Shown: positions 20,172-32,392 of the stretch, piece after piece
Position numbering within the stretch: the stretch's first letter is position 1
Layout: the number at the start of each line of letters is the position of its first letter
Assembly: GCA_963825135.1 (NCBI GenBank)
Contig: CAWGRW010000009.1
Coordinates: 1,824,001 to 1,888,000, forward strand
From: an uncultured bacterium
GTDB taxonomy: Bacteria; Desulfobacterota_D; UBA1144; Nemesobacterales; UBA2774
Direction: 5' to 3'
Length of the DNA stretch: 64,000 nucleotides
Notes under the pieces: model-generated
What the model was told of the DNA's origin: nothing
Databases searched by the model: none
The model's input: only the letters and a program-made list of their open reading frames with translations
Made by a program: the position numbers and the translations under genes

Positions 20172-22253
20172 TTGGAACGGGCAATACCTATTAGTCAAGT
20201 GCGGAATATTGGAATCGTGGCTCATATTGACGCTGGGAAGACCACTACCACGGAGCGCATCCTCTATTATACCGGCCTGACTTACAAGATCGGCGAAGTT
20301 CACGAAGGCACCGCGACAATGGACTGGATGGAGCAGGAAAGGGAAAGGGGCATTACCATAACCTCCGCTACAACGACCTGTTTCTGGAACGACCACAGGA
20401 TAAACATCATAGACACGCCCGGCCACGTCGACTTCACTATAGAGGTCGAGAGGTCGTTAAAGGTTCTTGACGGGGCGGTTGTCGTATTCGACTCCGTAGG
20501 CGGCGTAGAGCCCCAGTCCGAGACAGTCTGGCGTCAGGCTGACAGATACAGGGTCCCGAGGATGTGTTTTGTAAACAAGATGGATAAAGTCGGCGCCGAT
20601 TTCGCGAAAGTGGTAGCTCAGATAAAAGACAGGCTCAGCGCCAATCCCGTGCCTCTGCATGCTCCTTACTTCGAAGGCGACAATTTCAAAGGAATAATCG
20701 ATCTCATGAGAATGAAGCTTGCCCTTTGGGACGAGGATTCCCTCGGGCTTAAGTACGATTGGGTGGATATACCGCCGGACGCGCTGAAAGAGGCGGAAGC
20801 CGGAAGAGAGAAACTCATCGAATCGCTTGCGGATTTCGACGAAGCGATAATGGAAAAATACCTCAACGGAGAGCAGGTATCTCACGAGGAGATAGAGTCT
20901 TCGGTAAGAAAATCAGCGATCGGCTTGAAAATAGTGCCGGTCATTCTCGGCTCCGCGTTTAAGAACAAAGGGGTTCAGCTTCTTCTGGACGCGATAGTGA
21001 ATTACATGCCTTCTCCGCTCGATGTCCCTCCCATGGAGGGTATTAATACGGATACGGACCAGGCAGAGGTAAGGCGCCCTAGCGACGATGAGCCGTTCTC
21101 CGCTCTCGCCTTCAAGATCATGACCGACCCGTTTGTCGGTCAGCTCACGTACCTCAGGGTGTATTCGGGAAAGCTCGCTTCGGGCACTACCGTTTATAAC
21201 TCCACGAAGAACAAAAGGGAGAAGATCGGCAGGCTCCTCAGGATGCACTCGAACAAGAGGGAGGATATAAAGGAAATAGGCGCGGGCGGCATAGCCGCGG
21301 CGGGGGGGCTCAAGCTGACGACGACGGGCGATACGCTATGTGATGAGAATAAGCCGATACTCCTTGAAAGCCTCTATTTCGCCGAGCCTGTGATTTCGAT
21401 AGCCATAGAGCCCAAAACCAAATCAGACCAGGAAAGACTCGGTATATCCCTTAATAAAATATCTCTCGAAGACCCCACGTTTAAAGTTAAATATGACGAC
21501 GAAACCGGCCAGACCCTCATATCGGGCATGGGCGAATTACACCTCGAAATAATAGTCGACCGCTTGAGGCGAGAATTCAATGTGGACGCCAATGTAGGCA
21601 AGCCTGAGGTGGCGTACCGGGAAACTGTGACCAAGAGCTCCGACGTGGAGGCCAAATTTATCAGGCAGACGGGCGGCAGGGGCCAGTACGGCCATGTGAA
21701 AATTAAAATGGAGCGCGGCGAGGCGGGGTCGGGCGTGACGTTCATTGATGAAGTCAAGGGCGGCACCATACCGAAGGAATATATCCCGGCTGTGGAAAAG
21801 GGGATTAAAGAAGCGTCGGAAACGGGAGTCGTGGCCGGGTATCCGGTCATAGACGTGGTCGTGAAGCTCTACGACGGGTCATACCATGACGTGGACAGTT
21901 CAGAAATCGCATTTAAAATAGCAGGTTCTATGGCTTTCAAGGATGCCGTGATGAGAGCAAAACCCATAATACTCGAGCCCCAGATGAATGTGGAAGTGGT
22001 GGTGCCCGAGGATTTTATGGGACCGGTGATGGGTAATTTGAGTTCCAGGAGAGGAAAGATCATGGGGACCGAGCTCCGGGGGAACCTTCAGGCCATAAGG
22101 GCTGAAGTGCCGCTTTCGGAGATGTTCGGGTACGCGACCGAGCTCAGGTCCATGACGGAGGGCAGGGGCTCATTCACTATGGAATTTTCGCATTATTCTG
22201 CTTTACCCGAATTACTTTCGGAAAATCTTAAAACTAACGTAAGGGCTGTTTAA
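20172..22253 (+). CDS. fusA: Elongation factor G
   Basis: [15 protein letters not shown] and [11 protein letters not shown] start at 20172 after GAGGAG. Confidence 0.98.
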   Translation: MERAIPISQVRNIGIVAHIDAGKTTTTERILYYTGLTYKIGEVHEGTATMDWMEQERERGITITSATTTCFWNDHRINIIDTPGHVDFTIEVERSLKVLDGAVVVFDSVGGVEPQSETVWRQADRYRVPRMCFVNKMDKVGADFAKVVAQIKDRLSANPVPLHAPYFEGDNFKGIIDLMRMKLALWDEDSLGLKYDWVDIPPDALKEAEAGREKLIESLADFDEAIMEKYLNGEQVSHEEIESSVRKSAIGLKIVPVILGSAFKNKGVQLLLDAIVNYMPSPLDVPPMEGINTDTDQAEVRRPSDDEPFSALAFKIMTDPFVGQLTYLRVYSGKLASGTTVYNSTKNKREKIGRLLRMHSNKREDIKEIGAGGIAAAGGLKLTTTGDTLCDENKPILLESLYFAEPVISIAIEPKTKSDQERLGISLNKISLEDPTFKVKYDDETGQTLISGMGELHLEIIVDRLRREFNVDANVGKPEVAYRETVTKSSDVEAKFIRQTGGRGQYGHVKIKMERGEAGSGVTFIDEVKGGTIPKEYIPAVEKGIKEASETGVVAGYPVIDVVVKLYDGSYHDVDSSEIAFKIAGSMAFKDAVMRAKPIILEPQMNVEVVVPEDFMGPVMGNLSSRRGKIMGTELRGNLQAIRAEVPLSEMFGYATELRSMTEGRGSFTMEFSHYSALPELLSENLKTNVRAV

Positions 22254-22290
22254 TTAAACAGGCCGCGAACTTCACGTTAAGGAGGTCAAA

Positions 22291-23475
22291 ATGTCTAAGG
22301 AGAAATTTGCGCGGGGAAAGCCGCACCTGAACATAGGGACGATAGGTCACGTGGACCACGGGAAGACGACGCTAACGGCTGCGATAACGAAGGTATTGAG
22401 CAAGGCCGGAGGGGCGAAGTACGTGGAGTTTTCGGAGATAGACAAGGCGCCTGAGGAGAGGGAGCGGGGGATAACGATCAACATAGCGCACGTGGAGTAC
22501 GAGACCGCAAAGAGGCACTATGCGCACGTGGACTGTCCCGGGCACGCGGACTATGTAAAGAACATGATAACCGGGGCGGCGCAGATGGACGGGGCGATAT
22601 TGGTAGTGAGCGCTCCTGACGGGCCGATGCCTCAGACGAGGGAGCACATACTGCTTGCGAGACAGGTGGGGGTTCCTTACATAGTGGTAGCGCTCAACAA
22701 AGTAGACATGATGGACGACGAGGAGCTGCTGGACCTGGTGGAGCTGGAGGTAAGGGACTTGCTTACGCAGTACGGGTTCCCCGGGGAGGACGTGCCGGTG
22801 GTGAGGGTGAGCGCGTTAAAGGCGCTTGAGGAAGACGCTGCGGCGATGAACCAGATAATGGATTTGATGAAAGCGATAGACGAGTATATACCTGTGCCCG
22901 TGAGGGAGATGGACAAGCCGTTCCTGATGGCGATAGAGGACGTGTTCACGATATCGGGAAGGGGTACTGTAGTGACGGGGAGAGTGGAGAGGGGGAAGGT
23001 ATTGGCCGGGGACGAGGTGGAGATAGTGGGGTTCGGGGACACGCGGAAGACTGTGGCGACGAGCCTGGAGATGTTCCGGAAGATTCTCGACGACGCGCAT
23101 GCCGGGGACAACGTAGGGGTGCTGCTGAGGGGGACCGGGAAGGACGAGGTGGAGAGGGGGCAGGTTCTGGCGAAGCCCGGGAGCATAACGCCGCATAAGA
23201 AGTTCAAGGCGGAGGTATATGTGCTTAAGAAGGAAGAGGGCGGGAGGCATACGCCGTTTTTCCCTGGGTACAGACCGCAGTTTTATTTAAGGACGACTGA
23301 CGTGACGGGGTCGATAGTGCTGCCCGAGGGAGTGGAGATGGTAATGCCCGGGGACAACATAAACATGGACGTGGAGCTGATAGCGCCTGTGGCGCTGGAG
23401 GACCAGCTCCGGTTCGCTATAAGGGAAGGCGGAAGGACCGTAGGTGCTGGCGTAGTTACTAAAATCGTGGAGTGA
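22291..23475 (+). CDS. tuf: Elongation factor Tu
   Basis: [17 protein letters not shown] and REGGRTVG. Confidence 0.99.
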   Translation: MSKEKFARGKPHLNIGTIGHVDHGKTTLTAAITKVLSKAGGAKYVEFSEIDKAPEERERGITINIAHVEYETAKRHYAHVDCPGHADYVKNMITGAAQMDGAILVVSAPDGPMPQTREHILLARQVGVPYIVVALNKVDMMDDEELLDLVELEVRDLLTQYGFPGEDVPVVRVSALKALEEDAAAMNQIMDLMKAIDEYIPVPVREMDKPFLMAIEDVFTISGRGTVVTGRVERGKVLAGDEVEIVGFGDTRKTVATSLEMFRKILDDAHAGDNVGVLLRGTGKDEVERGQVLAKPGSITPHKKFKAEVYVLKKEEGGRHTPFFPGYRPQFYLRTTDVTGSIVLPEGVEMVMPGDNINMDVELIAPVALEDQLRFAIREGGRTVGAGVVTKIVE

Positions 23476-23496
23476 GAGGATTAAGGTAAGTAATTT

Positions 23497-23817
23497 ATGA
23501 ATCGTGCAGCTAAAATTCGTATCAAACTGAAATCGTTCGATCACAGGCTACTTGACAGGTCTTCTGTGGAGATTGTGGATACAGCCAAGAGAACGGGGGC
23601 GAAGGTCGCGGGACCTGTCCCTCTTCCCACACACATAAGCCGCTATTGCGTGCTCAGGTCTCCTCATGTCGATAAAAATTCGCGAGAGCACTTTGAGATA
23701 AGAACTCACAAGAGGATCGTCGATATACTCGAGCCTACACAACAGACAATCGATGCGCTCATGAAGCTGGACCTGGCTTCGGGTGTTGAGGTTGAGATAA
23801 AGCTAACGGGATCTTGA
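23497..23817 (+). CDS. rpsJ: 30S ribosomal protein S10
   Basis: [17 protein letters not shown] and RSPHV. Confidence 0.99.
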   Translation: MNRAAKIRIKLKSFDHRLLDRSSVEIVDTAKRTGAKVAGPVPLPTHISRYCVLRSPHVDKNSREHFEIRTHKRIVDILEPTQQTIDALMKLDLASGVEVEIKLTGS

Positions 23818-23822
23818 TAGAT

Positions 23823-24467
23823 ATGATTGAAGGAATATTAGGTAAAAAACTTGGAATGACTGAATTTTTTCTCGAGAACGGCACCGCGGTGATCGCGACC
23901 GTGATCGAAGCCGGTCCGTGCTTCGTGGTGCAGAAGAAGACCAAGGAAAAGGACGGGTATGAGGCGGTACAGCTGGGCTTTCAAGAGGCTAAACCCCAGA
24001 GAACCACAAAACCGATGCTCGGGCATTTCAAAAAGGCCGGAGTGTCTCCTTTGAAGCATGTCATGGAATTCAGCGCAACGGGTGATTACAATCCGGGCGA
24101 TGAGATAAAGGCCGATGTCTTTAAAGAAGGGGAGACGGTGGACATCGTGGGGACCAGCAAAGGCAAGGGGTTTGCCGGAGTCATGAAGAGGCACAATTTC
24201 AGGGGACAGCCCGCTTCCCACGGAGGCATGGCCCACAGAAGACCCGGCGGCATAGGTTCTAATACCTACCCGGCGAGGGTCTGGAAAGGGCAGAAGATGC
24301 CGGGACATATGGGTCACGAAAAGGTGACCATGCAGGGTCTAACCGTGTTCAGGGTGGATACCGACAAAAATATAATAATTATAAAAGGATCGGTCCCCGG
24401 CCCCAAAGGTGGTTTGGTGATTATAAAGAGAACTTCTAAAGGGAGCAGAGAAAGTGCCGCAGCTTGA
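23823..24467 (+). CDS. rplC: 50S ribosomal protein L3
   Basis: GKKLGMT, SKGKGFAG and KMPGHMG. Confidence 0.98.
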   Translation: MIEGILGKKLGMTEFFLENGTAVIATVIEAGPCFVVQKKTKEKDGYEAVQLGFQEAKPQRTTKPMLGHFKKAGVSPLKHVMEFSATGDYNPGDEIKADVFKEGETVDIVGTSKGKGFAGVMKRHNFRGQPASHGGMAHRRPGGIGSNTYPARVWKGQKMPGHMGHEKVTMQGLTVFRVDTDKNIIIIKGSVPGPKGGLVIIKRTSKGSRESAAA

Positions 24468-25077
24468 CGTTTATAATCTGGAAAAAAATAAGGTGGGCAG
24501 TATAGATCTCGATCCCGCAATATTTGAAGCGCCTGTAAGGCAGCACCTGCTCCATACGGTCGTGAGCTGGCAGCTTACGAAAAAGCGCGCGGGGACCTCT
24601 TCGACGAAGGAGAGAGGCGAAGTCAGCGGCGGCGGAAAAAAGCCCTGGAAGCAAAAACACCTCGGGCGAGCCCGTCAGGGCAGCATCAGGGCCCCTCAAT
24701 GGAGAAAGGGAGCGATAATATTCGGTCCAAAACCCAAAGACTGGTCTTACAACGTAAACAAGAAAACGAAGCGCGCAGCTCTTATAAGCTCGCTGTCCCT
24801 GAAATTCAGCGAAGGCAGGATGCTCGCTTTGAACGAAATAAGCCTGCCCGCGATCAAGACTAAGCAGGTCGGAGAATTTATTAAGAAATTCGAACTCAAA
24901 TCCGCCCTGATAATTGTCAGCGGCGAGAACGAAAACCTCCTCAAATCATCGAGAAACATGCCTAACGTGAAGGTGATTAAAATAGAGGGTCTCAATGTTT
25001 ACGATATTCTCAGGTTCGATACGCTCGTAATGACTGAGGAATCCCTTACGCGTGCGCAGGAGGTTCTTGTAAATTGA
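24454..25077 (+). CDS. rplD: 50S ribosomal protein L4
   Basis: RGEVSGGGKKPW.QK..GRARQGS; GTG start. Confidence 0.98.
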   Translation: MPQLDVYNLEKNKVGSIDLDPAIFEAPVRQHLLHTVVSWQLTKKRAGTSSTKERGEVSGGGKKPWKQKHLGRARQGSIRAPQWRKGAIIFGPKPKDWSYNVNKKTKRAALISSLSLKFSEGRMLALNEISLPAIKTKQVGEFIKKFELKSALIIVSGENENLLKSSRNMPNVKVIKIEGLNVYDILRFDTLVMTEESLTRAQEVLVN

Positions 25078-25361
25078 AAGACCCCAGGCAGATAATCAAG
25101 CGCCCGCTCGTAACCGAGAAATCGTCAGACGTGAGAGAGAAGAACTGGTACGTCTTTTCCGTCGACAAGCGATCGAACAAGCTGGAAATCAAAGACGCTG
25201 TGGAAAAGATTTTCAAGGTCAAGGTGGGTAAAGTCAGGACGCTCGTTACCACGGGCAAGAAGGTAAAGAGGTCGGGACGGGTTGTGGGCAAGAGGCAGTC
25301 GATTAAAAAGGCTTATGTCGAGCTTAAAGAAGGAATAATAGAGTTATTTGAGGGAGTTTAA
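25074..25361 (+). CDS. rplW: 50S ribosomal protein L23
   Basis: P.VTEKS and KKAYV; TTG start. Confidence 0.97.
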   Translation: MKDPRQIIKRPLVTEKSSDVREKNWYVFSVDKRSNKLEIKDAVEKIFKVKVGKVRTLVTTGKKVKRSGRVVGKRQSIKKAYVELKEGIIELFEGV

Positions 25362-25363
25362 TA

Positions 25364-26206
25364 ATGGGTATTAAAAAGTTCCGCCCCACAAGCGCGGGTA
25401 CCAGATTCAGATCGGGGTCGGATTATTCCGACATTACCGCTGACAAGCCTCACAAACCCCTGACGTCGCCGCTTAAGAAAAGGGGCGGCAGGAATTTCCA
25501 GGGAAGGATCACGAGCTTTCAGAGGGGCGGGGGCAACAAACATCTCTACAGAGAAATTGATTTTAAACGTGACAAATTCGACATTCCCGGCAAGGTGGTA
25601 TCGATCGAGTACGATCCGAACCGCTCTTCGAGGATCGCGCTTCTTTTTTATACGGACGGAGAGAAGAGATACATTCTCGCTCCGGAAGGGCTCAAGGTCG
25701 GCGATACGGTATATTCCGGGGAGAATGTGGAAGTTTCATTGGGCAACGCCCTCCCGCTCAGGAGCATACCGGTCGGCACGATCGTCCATAACGTGGAAAT
25801 GAAACCGAAGGGGGGAGGCAAGCTCGCCAGGGCGGCAGGGGCTTCCGTCCAGATAGTCGCGAGGGAAGGCGGATATGCCCAGATAAAAATGACATCGGGC
25901 GAAATACGCCTCATCAGCGTCGAATGCATGGCGACCGTGGGTAAGATAGGGAATTCCGAGCACGAATTGATTTCGATTGGAAAGGCCGGAAGGCAGAGGC
26001 ACAGGGGCAAGCGCCCTCACGTAAGAGGGGTCGCTATGAACCCCGTTGATCATCCGCACGGAGGCGGAGAAGGTAAAGCCAGCAAGGGCAACCCGCATCC
26101 GGTATCGCCGTGGGGATGGATTACGATCGGCTACAAAACGAGAAAAAACAAGAGGACTGATAATTTCATAGTTAAACGCAGAAGAATCGGTTACGGAATG
26201 GATTAA
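25364..26206 (+). CDS. rplB: 50S ribosomal protein L2
   Basis: EYDPNRS and [17 protein letters not shown]. Confidence 0.99.
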   Translation: MGIKKFRPTSAGTRFRSGSDYSDITADKPHKPLTSPLKKRGGRNFQGRITSFQRGGGNKHLYREIDFKRDKFDIPGKVVSIEYDPNRSSRIALLFYTDGEKRYILAPEGLKVGDTVYSGENVEVSLGNALPLRSIPVGTIVHNVEMKPKGGGKLARAAGASVQIVAREGGYAQIKMTSGEIRLISVECMATVGKIGNSEHELISIGKAGRQRHRGKRPHVRGVAMNPVDHPHGGGEGKASKGNPHPVSPWGWITIGYKTRKNKRTDNFIVKRRRIGYGMD

Positions 26207-26215
26207 GGAGAAGTT

Positions 26216-26509
26216 ATGCCAAGATCAAGCAAAAAAGGCCCGTACGTCAGTGAGAGACTGCAGGAGAGGGTCGAAGCCGAAAGGTCATCCGGGAGTTCGC
26301 GTATTATCAGAACGTGGTCCAGAAGATCGATGGTCACCCCCGATATGATAGGTCTCACGTTTGCGGTCTACAACGGGAGGAAGTTTATTCCCGTGTACGT
26401 GACCGAGCACATGGTGGGTCATAAGCTCGGGGAATTTTCTCCTACGAGGACGTATACAGGCCATACCGGTGATAAAAAGGCAAAGATAACAAAAGCAAAA
26501 TCTGAATAA
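26216..26509 (+). CDS. rpsS: 30S ribosomal protein S19
   Basis: TWSRRS and [11 protein letters not shown]. Confidence 0.99.
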   Translation: MPRSSKKGPYVSERLQERVEAERSSGSSRIIRTWSRRSMVTPDMIGLTFAVYNGRKFIPVYVTEHMVGHKLGEFSPTRTYTGHTGDKKAKITKAKSE

Positions 26510-26521
26510 AAAGGGAATATA

Positions 26522-26860
26522 ATGGTTTCGCAAGCCGTAAGAAAATACTACAGGTCGTCTCCGAAAAAGCTGGGCCCGGTTCTGGAATTAATCAGGGGGA
26601 ACGGAGTTGAAAACGCGTTCACCATTCTTTCCGCAGTCCGCAGAAGATCGGCCCCCGATATCGCAAAGCTTCTCAAATCGGCCGTTGCGAATGCGGCGGA
26701 GAAGGGCCACGGCGACACGGAGACTCTTTACGTAAAAGAAGCGTATGCCTCGAAGGGGCCCACGCTCAAGAGGATCCGAGCGAGAGCGATGGGAAGAGCG
26801 TCGTCGAGGAAAAAGAGGATGAGCCACATCACGATAGTACTTGAAGAAAGGGGGCTATAA
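26522..26860 (+). CDS. rplV: 50S ribosomal protein L22
   Basis: SAVANA, GPTLKR..RAMGRA and SHIT. Confidence 0.97.
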   Translation: MVSQAVRKYYRSSPKKLGPVLELIRGNGVENAFTILSAVRRRSAPDIAKLLKSAVANAAEKGHGDTETLYVKEAYASKGPTLKRIRARAMGRASSRKKRMSHITIVLEERGL

Positions 26861-26861
26861 A

Positions 26862-27515
26862 TTGGGTCAGAAAGTTTGCCCGATAGGGCTTAGGCTTGGT
26901 ATAACAAAGACTTGGGATTCCAAATGGTTCGCGGAGAAGAAGAAGTACACGGACCTTCTGCACGAGGACCTGAAGATAAGGAAGCTTATCAAGAAGGAGT
27001 TCTACCAGGCTGCAATTTCCAAGATCGAGCTTGAACGCGCCGCCTCCGAGAGGGTGAGGATAATCATTAATTCCGCGCGCCCGGGAATGATAATCGGAAG
27101 GAAGGGGCAGGAGATAGAGTCCCTCCGGCAGCGGCTCTCGAAAATGACCGGAAAGGACATCTACCTTGATATACGCGAGGTCAAGAGACCGGAAATCGAC
27201 TCCCAGCTCGTGGCTGAGAACGTTGCGCTTCAGATCGAAAGGCGCGTTGCGTACAGACGGGCCATGAAAAGGGGAATCGCGTCCGCTCTCAGGCTCGGAG
27301 CCCTTGGTATAAAGGTGATGGTGTCGGGAAGGCTTGGAGGCGCAGAGATAGCGAGGCAGGAGTGGTACAGAGAGGGAAGAGTACCTCTCGCGACACTCAG
27401 GGCCGATATTGACTACGGCTTTACTCAGGCTAAAACGACTTACGGAATCATAGGCATAAAGGTTTGGATTTTTAAAGGTGAGGTGCTCGAAAGGAAGCAT
27501 AAACATTCGATTTGA
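26862..27515 (+). CDS. rpsC: 30S ribosomal protein S3
   Basis: GQKV.P.GLRLG and [13 protein letters not shown] start at 26862. Confidence 0.98.
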   Translation: MGQKVCPIGLRLGITKTWDSKWFAEKKKYTDLLHEDLKIRKLIKKEFYQAAISKIELERAASERVRIIINSARPGMIIGRKGQEIESLRQRLSKMTGKDIYLDIREVKRPEIDSQLVAENVALQIERRVAYRRAMKRGIASALRLGALGIKVMVSGRLGGAEIARQEWYREGRVPLATLRADIDYGFTQAKTTYGIIGIKVWIFKGEVLERKHKHSI

Positions 27516-27527
27516 CGGTGATAAATA

Positions 27528-27953
27528 ATGTTACAGCCAGCGCGTACTAAATATAGAAAGCTTCACAAAGGCAGGATAAGGGGAAAGGCCACGAAAGGGG
27601 CCTCAATGGCCTATGGCGAGTTCGGACTTCAGTCGCTCGAAGGGGGGAAGCTGACCTCAAGGCAGATAGAGGCCGCGCGTATCGCTATAACCCGCCATGT
27701 GAAGAGGGGAGCTAAGCTCTGGATCAGGGTTTTCCCTCATAAGTCGATAACCAAGAAACCCGCCGAGACGAGGATGGGAAAAGGGAAGGGAGATGTGGAC
27801 GGCTATGTGGCCCCGGTAAGGAGGGGGACGATGATTTATGAAATAAGCGGACTACCGCTCGACCTGGCAAAGGAAGCGTTCAGGCTGGCGTCTCATAAGC
27901 TGCCGGTTAAAACACGTCTCGTATCGCGCCACGAGGGGGACATACTGGGATGA
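27528..27953 (+). CDS. rplP: 50S ribosomal protein L16
   Basis: RQIEAAR and [12 protein letters not shown]. Confidence 0.99.
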   Translation: MLQPARTKYRKLHKGRIRGKATKGASMAYGEFGLQSLEGGKLTSRQIEAARIAITRHVKRGAKLWIRVFPHKSITKKPAETRMGKGKGDVDGYVAPVRRGTMIYEISGLPLDLAKEAFRLASHKLPVKTRLVSRHEGDILG

Positions 27954-28153
27954 AAGCGAGCGAAATAAGAGAATTGACCGAGGCTGAGCTAAACAAGAAG
28001 AAAACGGAACTAACGGAAGAAATCTTTAATCTCAGGATTCAGGTGAGCACTCAGCAAACTACGAATTTTGCGAGGATCGGCAAATTGAAAAAGGATCTCG
28101 CCCGGCTCCTGACCGTAATTCACGAAAAGGAAATTTCTACAGGGAGAAGCTAG
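27950..28153 (+). CDS. rpmC: 50S ribosomal protein L29
   Basis: MKASEIR and KKDLARLLT; canonical position. Confidence 0.95.
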   Translation: MKASEIRELTEAELNKKKTELTEEIFNLRIQVSTQQTTNFARIGKLKKDLARLLTVIHEKEISTGRS

Positions 28154-28156
28154 TTA

Positions 28157-28459
28157 ATGCCGAGAGGGAAATATAAGACTAAAATCGGGACTGTGGTAAG
28201 CGACAAAATGGATAAGACCGTCGTAGTGGATGTGGTGCAGATCAAGAAAGACGCTACATATAAAAAAGCCGTAAAAAGGAACATCAAATTCAAGGCTCAC
28301 GACGAAAAAGAAGAGTGCAAGGTCGGAGACAAGGTCCTGATACTCGAAACGAGGCCCTTCAGCAAGACAAAGAGATGGAGGGTCAGCAAGATTCTCGAGC
28401 GCGGCATTCAACTGGAGATTGAGGTCGATGCAGAAAGTCTGGGAGGGAAACCCGAGTGA
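28157..28459 (+). CDS. rpsQ: 30S ribosomal protein S17
   Basis: [13 protein letters not shown] and ETRPFSKTK. Confidence 0.98.
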   Translation: MPRGKYKTKIGTVVSDKMDKTVVVDVVQIKKDATYKKAVKRNIKFKAHDEKEECKVGDKVLILETRPFSKTKRWRVSKILERGIQLEIEVDAESLGGKPE

Positions 28460-28824
28460 TTAGCTCGACAACGTTTTTGGATTCAGCCGACAATACGGGG
28501 GCAAAGAGGCTTTACTGTATCAAGGTTCTCGGAGGCACACGCAGAAAATACGCGAGGCTCGGCGACATCGTGGTTGTTTCTATAAAAGAAGCCATCCCCA
28601 ACTCGAAGGTTGAAAAGGGGACGGTGCAAAGGGCGGTGATCGTGAGGACGAGGAAAGAGCAGAGGAGGACCGACGGCTCTTACGTCAGGTTCGACAATAA
28701 CGCAGCCGTGCTTATTACGAAAGACAACGAGCCTATGGGCACACGCGTTTTTGGCCCTATAGCCAGAGAGCTCCGCACCAAAGGGTTTATGAAAATAATT
28801 TCTCTCGCGCCGGAGGTAGTATAA
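28456..28824 (+). CDS. rplN: 50S ribosomal protein L14
   Basis: ADNTGAK, GTRVFGP and SLAPEV; GTG start. Confidence 0.99.
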   Translation: MISSTTFLDSADNTGAKRLYCIKVLGGTRRKYARLGDIVVVSIKEAIPNSKVEKGTVQRAVIVRTRKEQRRTDGSYVRFDNNAAVLITKDNEPMGTRVFGPIARELRTKGFMKIISLAPEVV

Positions 28825-28825
28825 C

Positions 28826-29182
28826 GTGGGTGCAAAGGCATTGAAGAATTCACAAAAAGCTAAGAAGCTGAATATCAGGTCGGGAGACACGGTTTATGTG
28901 ATCGCCGGAAAGGAAAAGGGCAAGACCGGCAAGGTAATAAAAATGCTGCATAAGAAAGAAGGCGCCCTTGTGGAGAAGCTCAACATCGTGAAGCGCCATC
29001 AGAAGCAGTCGCAGAAGAACCCCACGGGCGGAATAGTTGAGAAGGAGTCCCCGATACACATATCGAATCTGATGATCTACGACACGTCGGAGAGAAAACC
29101 GGTCCGTATAGGGCGTAAAGTCCTCGGTAATGGGGAGAAGATCAGATACAGCAAAAAGAGCGGAGAGGAGATTAAGAAATAA
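28826..29182 (+). CDS. rplX: 50S ribosomal protein L24
   Basis: [17 protein letters not shown] motif and PIHISN. Confidence 0.97.
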   Translation: MGAKALKNSQKAKKLNIRSGDTVYVIAGKEKGKTGKVIKMLHKKEGALVEKLNIVKRHQKQSQKNPTGGIVEKESPIHISNLMIYDTSERKPVRIGRKVLGNGEKIRYSKKSGEEIKK

Positions 29183-29736
29183 TGGCTCCCAGGCTTAAGG
29201 AATATTATAAAAGCAAAGTAGTCCCCTCGTTAAGCACGAGGTTTTCCTATAAGAACTCCATGGAGATACCCAGGATAGAAAAGATCGTCATCAACATGGG
29301 TCTCGGGAAGCTGAGCGACGGAGGGAAGGATAAAAAGGTTATGGAAGAGGCCGTGGAAGAGATATCCCAGATTACGGGACAAAGGCCCGTCATCAGAATG
29401 GCTAAGAAATCCATAGCCGGTTTTAAATTGAGAGAGGGGGTGCCGGTCGGTTGTTCGGTCACGCTCCGTGGTGACAAGATGTACGAGTTTCTTGACAGGC
29501 TCGTTAACCTTACGCTTCCGAGGGTCAGAGACTTTCGCGGAGTGTCCGCGAAGGCGTTTGACGGGAGCGGAAACTATACTCTGGGTATAAAGGAACAGAT
29601 TATTTTTCCGGAGATCGACTACAGCAAGGTGCAGCATGTCAAAGGAATGAATATCAGCATTGTCACGACAGCGCGAACCGACGAAGAGGCCAAGGGGTTG
29701 CTGCAGGAATTCGGTATGCCGTTTATTGCTAATTAA
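29182..29736 (+). CDS. rplE: 50S ribosomal protein L5
   Basis: [15 protein letters not shown] and EQIIFPEI. Confidence 0.99.
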   Translation: MAPRLKEYYKSKVVPSLSTRFSYKNSMEIPRIEKIVINMGLGKLSDGGKDKKVMEEAVEEISQITGQRPVIRMAKKSIAGFKLREGVPVGCSVTLRGDKMYEFLDRLVNLTLPRVRDFRGVSAKAFDGSGNYTLGIKEQIIFPEIDYSKVQHVKGMNISIVTTARTDEEAKGLLQEFGMPFIAN

Positions 29737-29750
29737 GGGAGAAGGTCGTA

Positions 29751-29936
29751 ATGACACGAAAAGCACTGATGGAGAAATCGATTAAGCCGCCAAAGTTCAA
29801 AGTGAGGTCGAACAATCGCTGCCCTTTGTGCGGCAGGCCCAGGGCGTTCCTGAGGAAGTTCAATATGTGCAGATTGTGTTTCAGGGATCTTGCCAGCTTC
29901 GGAAAGATTCCGGGTGTGAGGAAATCGAGCTGGTAA
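29751..29936 (+). CDS. rpsN: 30S ribosomal protein S14, zinc-binding short form (type Z)
   Basis: RCPLCGRPR and MCRLCFR; 61 aa. Confidence 0.97.
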   Translation: MTRKALMEKSIKPPKFKVRSNNRCPLCGRPRAFLRKFNMCRLCFRDLASFGKIPGVRKSSW

Positions 29937-29986
29937 CTCAACGTTTGAATGCTTTTAGTGATACTAATAAAGGGGCGAATAATTAA

Positions 29987-30379
29987 ATGACAGACCCAAT
30001 AGCCGATATGTTAACGAGGATCAGAAACGCTATTATCGCGGGGCATAAATCCACTGTGCTGCCTTCTTCTAAAATAAAGGTCGAATTGGCAAGAATTTTA
30101 AAGGAACAGGGTTATATGGCCGACTACAAATTGGAAGATAAGAGCGGGAGAAAGGTGATTAACGTCACGCTTGCGTACACCCCTGCCAGGGAAAGCGTAA
30201 TAAAAGAGATTCGCAGGGTCAGCAAGCCGAGTAGAAGGGTATACGTAAATAAAGGTGAAATACCCCGTGTAAGGGGCGGCTTGGGCATTTGTATAATTTC
30301 GACATCCAAGGGGATTATGACAGGCGCTCAGGCGCGCCGGCAGGGATTAGGCGGCGAACTTATTTGTTCAATACTGTGA
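29987..30379 (+). CDS. rpsH: 30S ribosomal protein S8
   Basis: DPIADMLTRIRN and STSKG. Confidence 0.99.
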   Translation: MTDPIADMLTRIRNAIIAGHKSTVLPSSKIKVELARILKEQGYMADYKLEDKSGRKVINVTLAYTPARESVIKEIRRVSKPSRRVYVNKGEIPRVRGGLGICIISTSKGIMTGAQARRQGLGGELICSIL

Positions 30380-30389
30380 GGGAGCATTA

Positions 30390-30938
30390 ATGTCTCGAAT
30401 TGGCAGAAAACCGATAAAAGTTCCGAGCGGGGTCAAGGTTAGCCTCGGGAAAAACAAAGTGGAGATAGAGGGCTCGAAAGGGAAGCTTTCCTGGGACCTT
30501 CATGACGGCATAAATGCGGTATTGGAAGACGAGAAGATCGTCATTGACCGCAGGAACGATGAAAAGAGGTTTAAAGCCCTCCACGGCCTTACCCGCGCCG
30601 TCCTCTCGAACATGGTTACGGGCGTGAGCGAGGGTTTTTCGCGGACCCTTGAGATTGTCGGCGTCGGTTATAAGGCGGAGGCGCTTGGGAAGGACCTTAT
30701 TAAATTCAATCTCGGGTACTCGAACCCCGTCGAATTTTCCTTGCCGTCCGGGATTTCCGCGGCGGTCGAAGATAGGGGAACCAAGCTGATCCTTCAGGGA
30801 ATAGACAAGCAGGTGGTCGGACAGACTGCGGCCAGGATCAGGGAGTTGAGGCCGCCCGATTCCTATAAGGGCAAGGGGATCAGGTATGCGTTTGAGAAGA
30901 TGAAACTGAAACCGGGCAAGGCTGGTGCAAAGGGATAA
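30390..30938 (+). CDS. rplF: 50S ribosomal protein L6
   Basis: MSRIG and RPPDSYKGKGIRY. Confidence 0.99.
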   Translation: MSRIGRKPIKVPSGVKVSLGKNKVEIEGSKGKLSWDLHDGINAVLEDEKIVIDRRNDEKRFKALHGLTRAVLSNMVTGVSEGFSRTLEIVGVGYKAEALGKDLIKFNLGYSNPVEFSLPSGISAAVEDRGTKLILQGIDKQVVGQTAARIRELRPPDSYKGKGIRYAFEKMKLKPGKAGAKG

Positions 30939-30939
30939 A

Positions 30940-31311
30940 ATGAAAAGAGTCAGCAGAAAGAGCAAGAGAGATCTAAGACACGTCAGAGTAAGAAGGAAAT
31001 TGACGGGAACGATAGACAGGCCGAGACTGGCGGTCTATAAGTCGGCAAAGCACTTCTATGCTCAGATTATAGACGATTTGAACGCCAACACTATCGTGTC
31101 CGCGTCATCGCTCACCCCGCAAGTCAGGGAGATGCTGGGTAAGGAAGGCATGAAGAAGACGGATGAGGCGACGATTATCGGTAAGTATCTCGCGGAGATT
31201 TCGGTCTCTAAGGGGATAAAGCGGGTTGCTTTCGACCGCGGCGGCTCTCCCTATCACGGCAGGATCAAGGCTTTTGCCGATGCGGCGAGGGAAGCCGGTC
31301 TTGAGTTTTAA
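30940..31311 (+). CDS. rplR: 50S ribosomal protein L18
   Basis: RPRL, FDRGG.YHGR and AREAGLEF. Confidence 0.97.
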   Translation: MKRVSRKSKRDLRHVRVRRKLTGTIDRPRLAVYKSAKHFYAQIIDDLNANTIVSASSLTPQVREMLGKEGMKKTDEATIIGKYLAEISVSKGIKRVAFDRGGSPYHGRIKAFADAAREAGLEF

Positions 31312-31334
31312 CAACTTTATCAACAGGTCTTTCG

Positions 31335-31871
31335 ATGGAGGTGTCTTTGCAAAAAGAAAAAATTGACCCGAGCGAATTTGAGTTAAAAGAAAAGGTCGTT
31401 CACATAAGGCGTGTGGCCAAAGTAACCAAGGGCGGAAAAAGGTTTCATTTCACCGCTCTTGCGGTGGTAGGTAACGCCAGAGGCATTATCGGCGTAGGCC
31501 TGGGCAAATCGAACGAGGTGCCGGACGCTATTCGCAAGGCTATAGAGAAAGCCAAGAAGGGCCTTATACGGGTTCCCATTCAGGGAAGCACGATACCGCA
31601 CGAGGTACTCGGCGAGCACGTATCGAGCAGAGTTATGTTAAGACCTGCCGCACCCGGAACGGGAGTAATAGCCGGAGGGGCTGTGAGGGCGGTTGTCGAG
31701 CTTGCCGGAATTCATGACATACTCTCAAAGGTGGTGGGATCCACCAACCCTCTTAACGTAGTCAAGGCGGCGATCAACGGACTCTCCACGCTGAGGATGC
31801 CGGAAGAAGTCGCGCGGGTCAGGGGGAAAGACATTAGAGAATTGGATCTGCCGAAATCTTTTTTATACTGA
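31335..31871 (+). CDS. rpsE: 30S ribosomal protein S5
   Basis: [10 protein letters not shown] and PGTGVIAGG. Confidence 0.98.
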   Translation: MEVSLQKEKIDPSEFELKEKVVHIRRVAKVTKGGKRFHFTALAVVGNARGIIGVGLGKSNEVPDAIRKAIEKAKKGLIRVPIQGSTIPHEVLGEHVSSRVMLRPAAPGTGVIAGGAVRAVVELAGIHDILSKVVGSTNPLNVVKAAINGLSTLRMPEEVARVRGKDIRELDLPKSFLY

Positions 31872-31960
31872 AGTTGTCAATTGGTAACAACCCCCCACGC
31901 AGCGGAATAATCGCCGAGGGGGAATTTGAAAAATTTTTGTAATTCAGAGGGTCAACAATA

Positions 31961-32392
31961 ATGCTTAATAAGTTATCTCCCCAACCGGGTTCGAAAAAAC
32001 AGAAAAAGAGAGTAGGCAGGGGTACGGGGAGCACTGGAAAGACGAGCGGAAAAGGGCACAAAGGTCAGAAGGCGAGGTCCGGAGGCAAGGTTTCTCCCTG
32101 GTTCGAGGGCGGACAAACCCCACTTAAGTCAAGGTCTCCCAAAAGGGGGTTTACAAGCCGGAAAACCCTGAAATTCGACATTATCAACGTGTCTGATCTG
32201 AACAGGTTCGGTGCTGGTGATGTCGTTACGCTCGAACAATTTGTGGGCGCCGGTCTGGTTAGGGGTAAAAACCCCGTAAAGGTGCTCGGGAACGGTGATC
32301 TGGACAGGGCACTCACTGTAAAAGCGGATGCTTTCAGCAAGAGCGCAGTTTCGAAAATTGAGGAAAAGGGCGGAAAGGCAGATATTATATGA
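31961..32392 (+). CDS. rplO: 50S ribosomal protein L15
   Basis: RVGRG.GS.GKTSGKGHKGQ.AR and FEGGQTP. Confidence 0.98.
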   Translation: MLNKLSPQPGSKKQKKRVGRGTGSTGKTSGKGHKGQKARSGGKVSPWFEGGQTPLKSRSPKRGFTSRKTLKFDIINVSDLNRFGAGDVVTLEQFVGAGLVRGKNPVKVLGNGDLDRALTVKADAFSKSAVSKIEEKGGKADII

